From contig LT635949.1 in NCBI GenBank assembly GCA_900128565.1, forward strand, positions 1 to 34,852: a stretch of 34,852 nt of DNA, given 5' to 3'. The stretch is from Stramenopiles sp. TOSAG23-6 (Eukaryota). A program made the position numbers and the translations under genes. Of the stretch, positions 9,255 to 20,500 are shown piece by piece; positions within the stretch are counted from its first letter, which is position 1, and every line of letters starts with the position of its first letter. The notes under the pieces are model-generated. The model searched no databases. It was not told the DNA's origin and saw only the letters and a program-made list of their open reading frames with translations.

Positions 9255-12200
9255 TTATGAAATTGGAGCGTCTGCCAAATTACTACGACATGAACCAGCA
9301 GTAGTTAGTAATGGTTTTCCTTGCCACGTAGCAACACATTCATCATTCGTTTTCAAATCTTTTGCCATTGCTTCCCACAATTTTTTCTTCTTCACTTGGC
9401 TTTTTGTTGCTGGAGTACCACTCAGTCCTTCAATAAATATGCGCTCACCATTCGCTGCACCAACAGGAGGTTCCACAAATTGAACTGCGTCGCCTAGTTT
9501 TGCACATAATACCATTCCCTCACTAGTCACACCAGCTAATTTTGCAGCTTTCAAATTTGCAACTACCAATACTTTTCGTCCTTCCATATCACTTACTTCT
9601 GGATAAAACTGTCGAAGACCTGAACTGATTGATCTCATACCAATTTCTGCTCCTAAGTCAATTTCTTCACACCATAATTTTTCAGAATCAGGATTTGGCC
9701 AAGCCTTTGTTATCGTTCCAACACGTATGTCAATCTTTGTAAATGAATCTTGATTTGGATCAGATGCTACCTTTTGCTTTTTCTTTCCTTTATTAGCATT
9801 TTTGTCACCTTTTTGAATGAGTTTTGCAGCTTCTAGGAGAGCAGATGGTTGTTGAGGTTTATCACAACATTCTTGCTTCATATTAGTAATTATTTGTTCA
9901 ATCGTTTTAACTTCTTGTCCATTTGTACCACGAGGACGAACCGCAGCCGACTTAATTGACATCTCAGCATCGCCAACTATTAAAATATAGTTATATTGAG
10001 CTAGAGACGCCTCACGAATTTTTTTTGGAAACTGTTTTGATGATAAATCTACGGAGACATGAAATCCAGCCATGTGTATTTTCTCCTTTACACTTCGAGC
10101 ATAATCATAATGAGCTTGAGCAATAGGGACAACCATAACTTGACGTGGGCTTAACCAAAGCGGCCATTTCCCACCATAATGCTCAGTAAGTATTGCAAAC
10201 ATTCGTTCAACAGACCCAAGCATTGCACGATGAACCATAACTGGTCTTTGAAACCCAGGAGCAGCTTCAGGATTTGAATTGGGTAAATTTTTATAAACAC
10301 CGCGACAAGAGGAGGATGATTCTGATTTCTTTTTTTGTTTCTTTTCTTTGGATTTTTCATTATCTGATTTTCGAATTTGTTCACCTGTACGATATTGTAA
10401 ATCGAAACGAATAGGTAGATTAAAATCTAATTGTACTGTAGCACACTGATGAATTCTGTCCATACAGTCAAATACTTTAATGTCAATTTTAGGACCATAA
10501 AATGCACCATCCCCAGGGTTATCTTTCCAATTGCCTTTTCCAGCAAACTCATCTAAAGCATTTGCTAATGACTCTTCAGCATCATCCCATCGTTTAAGTC
10601 CTTCAGGAGTATCAGCACCAACTGCTTTTTTAGGTCGAGTACTACGCTCAAGTTTAAATTTCATACCAAAAATAGAGTATACAGCTTTCATAAATTGAAG
10701 TGAACCAACAACTTCATCTTTCACTTGTTCAGGGGTGCAAAATATATGTGCATCATCTTGCTGGAAACGTCTGACACGTGTCAATCCAGTTAATGCACCA
10801 GAACGTTCATTACGATGTAAAACACCAAAATCAGCCATTCTGATGGGCATTTCTCTGAAAGTTCTGATTTGTTGACGAAACATTAAACAATGTCCAGGAC
10901 AATTCATTGGCTTCAAGGCAAATTCATCCTGATCACTTGTATTAAATAAAAACATATCATCTCTGTAGTGCTGATAATGACCTGAAATTTTCCATAAATC
11001 AGTTGAAAAAATATTCGGTGTAACAACTTCATCATAACCGCGCTGCCAATATTCATTTTTTATGAAATCGATTAAAGCATTGTATATACGAGCACCATGA
11101 GGAAGAAAGAAAGCTGATCCTGGAGTTAAATCATGAAAGAAAAATAATTGTTGACGAGGCCCAATGCGACGATGATCATTCATTCTTTTCAATTCCATCA
11201 CAGCTTTCCATTTTTTCATTTCTTTTTTATCAGGGAATGCAACACCATGTATTTTGGAAAAATATTTCAAAAAAAAAACCTAACATTTGTTAGGTACAAA
11301 ATTGCGTACGAAAAATAAATTCGAAATTGAAAAAAAATAAAACATACATATACACGCTGTAGTGAGTCACATTTTTCATCACCCATCCAATATGTTGCAC
11401 TATGTTTTATAACATCCATACACGTAATTGAAGAGGTTGTAGGCACGTGTGGTCCCATACATAAATCAATAAATGGTCCATTTTTGTACACTGTCGTAAA
11501 TGTATTATCTGTGACTTTTGTTCTTATAATTTCTAATTTAAAGGGATTATACTCAAACAACTCAAGTGCTTCAGCTTTAGAAACAATCATTCTTTCAAAC
11601 ACTTGTTTTTCTTTAATTGTTGTAGCATTTCTCTTGCTTAGTACCTGGTACCACTTTTCTTCTGTGACAACGTCTTTACCTACAAAAGCATCATAATAAA
11701 AACCATTTTTTAGTGGAGGACCAATGGTCAAGACAGCACCGAATTCACGCTCCATACTTTGACCTAGAATATGAGCTGCAGAGTGCTTAAATGTTGTTTT
11801 ACCCTCTGGTGTACTGTAATTATGAAAAATAATGTCACAATCGCCTTCTAGTGGTCTATTTAAGTCCCACAACTCAAATTCTTGTTTCTCACTGGCGGTA
11901 GTTGTATCCATCTCGTCTCCACCAGCCTCAGCCATCATTTCTTCTTCAGCGTGTGTCACAATATCAGCACCATATCTTACACCAGTATAGCGAACTTCTG
12001 CAACAAGTTGACGTTTAGCCATTTGTTTTGAAATGTTTAATGCAATCATCATTGGTGTAGTTTCCCACGTTGTTCCAGGGTGAGTCTTCTTATCTGGCAT
12101 GGTGACTGTCATTGCCTCCCGTGGTTTTTCAAGAAGACGTTTTTCATACGCAGCTTTTACACGATTATATACATCTTCACGAGCAGCAATAAACTGTGGC

Positions 12201-12397
12201 GATTTACACCCAGAATAAGAATCGCCTCCAATTTTACCTTTAGATTGAAGAGTATGGACTTGACCTTCGACAGCACGGTCTTTGTTGACACGACCTAATG
12301 TGCTCTGGAGCACATGGACATCCCCACTGCTCACTTTCAAGCGAGAAAGTTCTGCTTCCAATTCAGCAATACGTTGATCTCTTTCGTTTGGCGTCAT
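9255..12397 (-). CDS. TARS1: Cytosolic threonyl-tRNA synthetase with a C-terminal EMAPII-like tRNA-binding domain; exons 12397-11348 and 11246-9255 (about 1013 aa)
   Basis: TGS region (WETTP, LWDLNRPLEGDC), editing domain (HSAAH, GFYYD, DLCMGPH), LQRVY|GVAFPDKK across the intron, and DHRRIG. Catalytic motifs are LKPMNCPGHC, GLTRVRRFQQDDAH, GAFYGPKID and HRAMLGSVER. The anticodon domain is followed by IDIRVG...NLKAAKLAGVTSEGMVLCA. Confidence 0.95.
11247..11347 (-). other. Non-canonical intron, GT...AT, 101 nt (family member 3)
   Basis: It starts GTATGTTT, contains TACCTAAC and ends ATATTTTTCCAAAATACAT. It shifts the frame and contains a stop. Exact removal restores LQRVY|GVAFP. Confidence 0.8.
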
Positions 12398-12624
12398 TTT
12401 GCACTACCAAAGATAAGACAACAATCTGAGAATTTACTCAAAAGAATAATTGGATTATTGTTTATTACCTATGCGCGAGTAAGTAGTATATACTGCGTGC
12501 GTGCGTGTTTACGATACACGTGTGTGAGTGGTAGCTGAACTAGTTTTTTTGCCATTATTGGCCCAGCAGTTTTGTGCCAATTGAAAAGAAAAAAAAAAAA
12601 ATTTTATTGTTTTACAATAATGTT

Positions 12625-14106
12625 TTACATTTTCATTGCAAGTAAAAACTCCTCATAACTAATCACTCCATCAGTCCCACCATATTTCTCAAGCATTTGT
12701 GTTGCCTCTGTAGAGTCAAATTGTGATCCCAAAACTTCTTTTAAATTTTTTTTTGTAATTTGACCTGAGTGATCAACATCTAACATATCAAAGGCCTTTC
12801 GTAATTTTGTTTCATTCATGAACATTTTTCTAGCTATACAGGATGAAACAAATTCTGAAACTTCAATCAATCCATCACCTGAAATATCCACGGCATCAAA
12901 TATTTTTTTATATTCATCATCATCTAAAACATTTATATTTTGTGCTTTCAGTGACATATTTATAGAGTCTCTTAATTCTATTAAAGACACAAAACCATCA
13001 TGATTTTTGTCCATATTTATGAAATGTTTTTGAATGCATTCAATTTGTTGCGGGTGTAAGGTAAATGCTACTGTCGACACAATGAGTTGCTTTAATTTAT
13101 TCATATTGCTAAAGTTTTTCATTGAATCAAAAACTTCTAATGGTAATGGTGTAGGTGGGTGTTCCTGCTCTGCTTTCATTATCCAAGTATCGTTCAATGC
13201 TTCTGCTGCAGTTGGTCGAAGATCTGGATCAAATGTGAGAAGTCTTCTAACAAAATTTTTCGCATCTGTACTAATTCCATTCCAAATATCTGCTTTACGA
13301 GAAAAACTAAATTTTCCACGTTTTATCTTACTTAAGATAATTTTATCATTTGGACCTGGAAATGGCGGACTACCACTCAATATCATAAATGTTATAACAC
13401 CTAAACTCCATATATCACATTTGTAATTATACATTTTCTGTAAAGCTATTTCTGGAGCAATATAGTACGAAGTGCCAACCATATCCTTCATATTCGAATC
13501 ACTAGAATTCTTGATTTGTTTTGCAAAACCAAAGTCAATCAGTTTTAATGGTGAACTTTCACTTTTGTTTGCAAAAACAAAGTTTTCTAATTTTAAGTCT
13601 CTGTGAACAATATTTTTACTATGGAGGTAATTAATCGAGCTTAACATTTGCACTACCAATTTTGCTGCCTTATACTCCGTCAAGTGACCAGATTTCGAAT
13701 TAGCCAACCTTTCAAATAATTCACCACCACTGCATAGTTCCAACACCAAATATAAAAATCGATTTCTTTCGTTATAGGTCTCGTATAATCTTGCAACATT
13801 TGGATGGTCTGTTGCACTAAGCAAAGCTATCTCGGATCTTATTGCTTTAAGTGCATCAGTACCAGAAGCCATATATAAAGAAGCACAATTCATGACCTTT
13901 AGAGCAAACTGTTCCCCATCTGAACGTCTTGTGATTATCTTTACTTGACCTGATAAACCTTCACCTAATAACTCGAAACTATCAACACCACTATATAATC
14001 TACGGATATTAGCATATTTACCTTTACCATACTTTTTATTGGCTACAAGATTTTCATGCATTGTTGTTGTCTGGGTCGTTGCAACTTTAGCACTACAAAT
14101 TCCCAT
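12625..14106 (-). CDS. Calcium-dependent protein kinase (kinase plus four EF-hands) with a probable N-myristoylation/palmitoylation site
   Basis: MGICSAK N-terminus; kinase motifs GEGLSG, ALK, ELCSGGELF, HRDLKLEN, DFG and GTSYYIAPE. A junction helix precedes EF loops DKNHDGFVSLIE, DISGDGLIEVSE, DVDHSGQITKKN and a degenerate GTDGVISYEE. Confidence 0.92.
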   Translation of the reverse strand: MGICSAKVATTQTTTMHENLVANKKYGKGKYANIRRLYSGVDSFELLGEGLSGQVKIITRRSDGEQFALKVMNCASLYMASGTDALKAIRSEIALLSATDHPNVARLYETYNERNRFLYLVLELCSGGELFERLANSKSGHLTEYKAAKLVVQMLSSINYLHSKNIVHRDLKLENFVFANKSESSPLKLIDFGFAKQIKNSSDSNMKDMVGTSYYIAPEIALQKMYNYKCDIWSLGVITFMILSGSPPFPGPNDKIILSKIKRGKFSFSRKADIWNGISTDAKNFVRRLLTFDPDLRPTAAEALNDTWIMKAEQEHPPTPLPLEVFDSMKNFSNMNKLKQLIVSTVAFTLHPQQIECIQKHFINMDKNHDGFVSLIELRDSINMSLKAQNINVLDDDEYKKIFDAVDISGDGLIEVSEFVSSCIARKMFMNETKLRKAFDMLDVDHSGQITKKNLKEVLGSQFDSTEATQMLEKYGGTDGVISYEEFLLAMKM

Positions 14107-14334
14107 TTTATGGGGTATACTCTATCTCGATTTATTGATATTTCTTATCACAGCTGTAGCAACTCATTAGAAATGTATACAGCAGTACGATTATTCATAC
14201 TGAGCAAATATCAGGACATTACTTGAGTAGTGCATGCGGTAGTTCTATTGTTTTATTTCATTAATATAATCTATAGATCATAGCTTCTACAGCAATAGAT
14301 TGTAACTATCTATACGTAGTAGTAAATTTCTCCG

Positions 14335-14377
14335 ACTATTAATGTTCTACTACTATTAATGTTCTACTACTATTAAT
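14335..14377. repeat. 17-nt tandem repeat, about 2.5 copies, upstream of the CDPK
   Basis: ACTATTAATGTTCTACT at 14335-14351 and 14352-14368, plus a partial ACTATTAAT. Confidence 0.9.
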
Positions 14378-14538
14378 ATTGTATCTAGTCCAAACGGAAC
14401 TACTAGCTAGAGAACGGTCTGTCCGTTACGAAGACGTTCCGAATTTTGAAATCCATATTCCTATTTATAAATCATTTGAAAACAAAGCCACAAAAAAAAA
14501 AGATGATCAATTATTTTTCAAATTCAAATTTATTTTCA

Positions 14539-17500
14539 TCAAGTAGAAGATTCACCACCTAATCCTAATAGAATACCCTTAGCTGCAGTAAATGTTAACT
14601 TGCCAGAACCATTTCCACCACTGCCAATATCGAGTAATTCTCTAGCATCATATATATCCACCTCATGTCCTAATCCACATAACCAATGTTTAAGCTCATT
14701 TGCTGTCATATAACCATCACCATCTGTATCACATAGATTAAATGAAGTTTTCCATTTAAATTCAAGTCTTTCTTGTTGTGTCATTGCATCCAGTATTTCG
14801 TGCGGATCATACTTCTCCTCATTTTCATCATATGATGAATCACTATTTGTGTCAATACTATCATTATTATTTTCAATACTATTATTATTAACATCGACAC
14901 TATAACTATTTGTGTCAATATTATTAATATTTTCAATATTATTATTATTATTAATATCGACAGTATAACTATTTGTGTCAATATTATTATTATTTATATC
15001 GATAGTATCATTATTTGTATCTGTACTATCATTTTTGTTTTGTTGATTTCTGACATGTTGCTGTATTACAATAGCTGCTCTATTTCTTGCTCTTTCTTTG
15101 ACATTTTCTATTTCTTGACTGAAATCCAAAAAAAAGTCATTTTGATTGATATTAGTATCATCTATATCATGCATAATGTTATTATTATCAATGTCAATTA
15201 GATCATTATTTTCAATAGCATTCATATTATTATTATTATCAATACTACCCATATCATTATTAACCTCAATATTATTATCATTATCAACATTATTAATTTT
15301 ATCGGCATAAGCAGTTGTAGCTATTAAAATATTTCTCTTTAATCGAACCATTTTTTGTATTTTTCTCACCGAACAAATTTCTAATTTGTTGAATTTGGTT
15401 TTATACTTTATATCCAATGAACATGTTACGAAATCTTCATATGAAACCATACCAGAATTAAATGTATCAAAATTCTTGGCTAATTGATTAATTTCTGGTA
15501 ATGACAAGAAATCCATTAATATTGGAGTTAGGACTTTACAAAATGTTTTTGTTGGAAGAGCCCCAACACGTTTCATGGGGTCAATAGAGTCAGTACAACG
15601 CAGTAATTTTCGCATATTTATACCTCTAACTCTCAAAAATGCAGCACCGCTGCTTAATTTTTGGAGAAGTTCATTTGTATCAATAGTATCATCATTCTTA
15701 TCAATAGTATTATTAATTGTAGTCTTTTGTTTTGATTCATCAGTCATATCTTTTGTAGAATCTAAAGAAAATGTGACATTTGTTGGACTATGCAGTCGAA
15801 TTTTTCGTGTTCTCCGAGCCTTTTGTGCTTTTTGTCGAGCAATTGCTAATTCTATTTCTTGAGTATATTGACCACGTAGTCGATCTCTTTCTAAACGAGC
15901 AGCATTTATTTTGTCATCAGCAAATCCAACACGACCTCCTCCTCGCGATGCTCGCTTTTTCATTTTGACAAAATTTCGTGTTTTTGCTGCTCTGTATGTA
16001 CTCTGTATAACTATTGCTGCATTGTTATGATTATTTATCGTGCGTTTTTTATCATATTGTTTATATAATGCTTGTAATGTCACTGCAACCTTTAATCTGG
16101 CATGTGTGCGCAATATATATTTGTGGCAGGTTTGACCAATAATTTGACTTGCATTTTTGTGTGTTTTGTGTTTTTTGTTTTTATTTCCTTTTTGGTCTAC
16201 CCTTTCATCATCATCATATTCAATACTGCTACCAGAGGCCAGGTCATTTATTGTATTGAGTTCATTTGGTGTATTACTATTTAAATCAACCACAGCAACA
16301 ACTACATTTCCTCTCTTGATAGCTTCAGATTTCTGAAGGACTTTCATTGAATCATTATGCCCTTTTTTAATATCATATCTCGCACAAGCAGTTTTACGCT
16401 GATAATCTCCTTCGCGTTTTCTCTCAATTTTAATAGTGGCAACCTTGCGACAAGCAATTACTATTCGTGCGTATGTCTGTATTTGAAGTGCACTGCGATT
16501 TTTATGTAGCATATCTTTTCGAACAGCCGATGCACGAATTATTCTTTGTAGTAATAAAGCTGCTTTATTTCGTGTGCATAATGTTCCACGAGTCAATCGA
16601 CCTCTGTGAAAACTTTGTAAGCGTATAGCAGCTATAGTTTGTTTTTGTTCATGCTGCTTCAATTTTTTACCAATGTTACGTGTCAAATAACCCCTTCCAA
16701 TACTTTGTATCTGTATTGCCGAAGTAATATAATCTGAAGAATCCAAATAATTATTATTATCATGAATGTCATTTTCCACTGTCTTCTGTATACTGTTATT
16801 ACCATGAATATCGTTTTTCACTGTCTTTTGTATATTATCGTTATCATGAATGTCATTTTTCATAGTCTTTTGTATATTATTATTATCGCATGTGTTTTGT
16901 ATGCTTTGTATGCGTTTTTTTGCTTGAGGAGATCGTCCAGGATACGGAACAGGCAAATCAGATTTTAGTGCTGATTTTAGTGCTGATTTTTCTTTAACTT
17001 TTTTTATTTTTTTTAACTTTTTTTCACTTTTTTTTTCACTTTCTGCTTTTTCTTCAGTCTGGTTTCTAGACTTTTGTTCCGATTGTGCAGATTTGACGAT
17101 TGCATTTCTTTGTTTTAATTTTGGTGCTTCTGTTTCTTCTGTTTTACTTCGTGACTTTAATCTTTGCTTTTGCTTTGTTCGCTTTAATCGTTGGTGTCGT
17201 ACAGGAACTATTTTTTCTACATTATTTTTTTCCTTATTTTTCGTTGATTTTATACTTTTTATTTTTTTTTTGTTTTGTTTTTTTTGTTTTGCTGAACTTT
17301 TAATTTTTTTCTCGGTTGATTCTACTTGCAAAATATCAGTATCATGACCGAGAAGACCAGTGTGTGAATTTATAATTTCGGTCCATTCAACATAGCCATC
17401 ATTATTAATATCTGTCACAGTTACAGTCATTTCAGCATCTAGCTTACTTTGCATTTGCCATTCATCCATAATCTCATTAGACAAGCTTTTTACATATAAA

Positions 17501-20500
17501 TTGACTGTATCTTTGATTCGGTCATAATTTGGTATTTCCCCATACTCAGTCTGTTTATTAATTTCAATAATTTGATTCCGTAGTTTTTGATATTTCCTGC
17601 AAGCGCCAATACATTTTTTCATATATAAAAATATCATAGTAAACATATCAACTGCATGATTAATTTGCAATTTACCTTTCCCATCCTTATTATAAGATTG
17701 CCAAATTGGTCTTAATTCAGAAACTCGTAGTTGTCCTAAAACACTAAACTTCAAACTTTTCATGCTTTTTGCATTTTGCGAAATTCGCGCAATGGCTGGA
17801 AGAAGTGCAGAAGTCAGTACGTCTTCATAATCACCAAATATTGTACTATAACGTGAATTATCATTCTCATTAATATTATCTTGTGTTGATTGAGGAAACT
17901 GCTCTGTACTTGGAGCATTTTCATCCAAATTTATGATTTTCAAATTTTGTAATTTATCTTTCTTTAATAATGCGACTTTTCGAAGATTTACTGCTTCTTC
18001 TGACCAATCTTCTACATGGAATCCAGCTAAAGCATGTTTTAATCGAAGGCGATCACCTACTCTTCGAATACCTAATTTTGTACTTAAAATATGATCGATA
18101 TAAACATCTCTCTCGCTACCAACCTTTTCATTATGTAATATATTTTTTGTTTGATCACCGATGATACCTTTTCGATCATCTATATCTGTACCTAAGATTG
18201 ATGCCTTCATTGCAAGTAAAGCATCAGAAGTAATGTTATGTTGCCAAAACTTTGATATAAAACTTGACATATTTAGCGATGATAAAAACATTTCCACAAT
18301 GACATCTCGAGGATGTACGACTGATGGTGATGGTTCAACTGATGGTTCAACTGATGGTGGTAGTGTTTGAGCATCATGTCTCTGTAATGATGCCACCCTT
18401 CTTGCTCCACTTGCGCTTTTTATTTTTCTACTATTTTTCTTACTTATCAAAGCAGATGATGTTTGAGGGCGACGTCCCAGTGGAATATTTGTCCCTTTTC
18501 GTGGAACATATATCTTTCTCTCTTTACCATTCTTCTTCGAATTATTTTTTCTATCCATCAGTGAATAAGATTTCGTGGTCTTTACATTAGGTTTTTGCCT
18601 AATTTTTCTTTCTATCTCAACTGTTGAGAGTTTCAAAAAGTTTTCTAAATATTTCAAATTGGCTGATGAAGGATCACCATGATTTCGGAGTAATAATAAA
18701 GTATACGGATTTTGTTTTTCATTACTATATTGATAAGGACTTTGCAACGCTGTCCTAATATTTATACTTGAATCACGTTCATTTATAGTACGTTGTTGTG
18801 ATGTATATCGCGTTGGTTTGGCTGAGTATGGTCTACGTTTATATTTATTGCTTTGTTTTTTGTGTACTGCAGAAAATGGTCGAGGTTTTCGAATTATTTT
18901 TTTTTTCGTGCTTTTCTTCTTTATTTTAATACCCATTGGCTCTATATTATTTTTTATCGCTTTCCCCATTCCAGATGAATGATGCTTGGCTATATTTTTA
19001 TTTTGTATCCTTGACATAAATCGATTATAATCAGCTCTACGTATCGGGGAACATTGTCGCCGGGATGTGTCAGTTAATTTAATAAAACTGCTATCTGGTG
19101 TTTTCAACTGTTCATTTTTTCCTTTTGTTTCTTCAGTACTTTTTCCTTTTGTTTCTTTAGTACTTTTGTTTATATGACTAGCTGTTGTTTTTTCATACTC
19201 AGGTGGAACATTAAGGCTTAGAGAAGTTATATCTGGCGTAGAAACAGGTTTATCCATAGCCATTATTGTCATATACGGATTTTCATTATTTCCGTTCTTT
19301 CCTACTCGTGGTCCTACAAGTAGTGTTTGTGGTACCAGAAATTCTGCATCGTGCATATTGCCATCTGGGCCCTTTACAGGAATTCGTGACTTATGAATAT
19401 TATTCCAAGATGTTTTCAATGGAGGAACAAAGCTATCATTATTTGTATGTGCTTTTTTTTTATTTCTCTTTTTTTGTAGATCTTTTGATTTTTTTTTAAC
19501 TTTAGTCCGTTTCTTAAATATTTTGTTTCGGAACACTTTGTAACGCTGATTAACAGTTTTCTCATCAAGATATGATTTACCTAGTTCTTTCAACATACTT
19601 TTCTGTTGTTTCTTATGCCAATCTGTGTTTGCTTTTACTTCAGTGATTAATGAGAGACTTTGCGACATAACATTACTATGATTGATATCTGGTGTTACTG
19701 CAAAATGAATCGTCCCATTTTTATTTAATACATCATCTGCACTTGATTTGACTGGCGTAAAATCACCTAATTGATTATTGACTTTATCAAACATTGGTGT
19801 TTTTATTTGTTTCATTGGCACTTTTGTATATTTTAATGGCGCTTTATATTTTATTGGTGATTTTGTTTGCTGTATTAGTGTTTTTCTTTGTCGAATTGGT
19901 GACTTCGTTTGTTTTATTGATGATTTTATTGGTTTTACTGATGATTTTACTTGTTTTACTGGTGATTTTTTTTCTTTCAGTTTTTTTATTGACGTTTCCA
20001 TGTCATTTGAGTTACTTTCAATGATATATTTTTTCCAGTTAGGAATATTTTGTTGTAGTGCATCTAATCCACGCATAGGTCTTGGATCAACATATTTTGT
20101 ATTATCAGAATCTGTAGTATTCTTTGCAACATCTGTAGAATTATCATTCTCATTATCTATTGTATTATTATTCTCAACATCTATTGTATTATTATTCTCA
20201 ACATCTATAGTATCATTATTCTCAACATCTATAGTATCAGTATTCTCAACATCTATAGTATTATTATTCTCAACATCTATAGTATCATTATTCTCAACAT
20301 CTATAGTATTATTAGTAACACTTTCAGAATTGAGAACTGCTTTCTGCAACGTTTCGGAGACAATACTTTTATCTGCATTAGTTTGTGTAAGTAAATTATC
20401 TGAAAGATGTATTGCAAGTGCCTGTTCATGCATGGCTTTTGCTTCAGAAACTCTACCAAGTTTTTCTAATTGACTGCCATGACTATGATAAGCAATTACT

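Noticed and set aside
4096-11347. Treating the split ThrRS and molybdoenzyme ORFs as pseudogenes, frameshifts or separate genes
   Set aside because: The coding parts are intact, and each break is a discrete ~95-nt sense-oriented insert with donor and branch motifs whose removal restores conserved motifs.
4095-11347. GT-TG acceptors (three introns are followed by G)
   Set aside because: Including that G in the intron while keeping the GT donor removes one exon base and breaks the frame.
11249-11349. Reading the ThrRS intron as a U12-type AT-AC intron by sliding both boundaries 2 nt
   Set aside because: It lacks the ATATCCTT donor and TCCTTAAC branch consensus. The same slide gives AT-AT, TT-TT and TT-AC in the other three, while GTRTGT fits all four.
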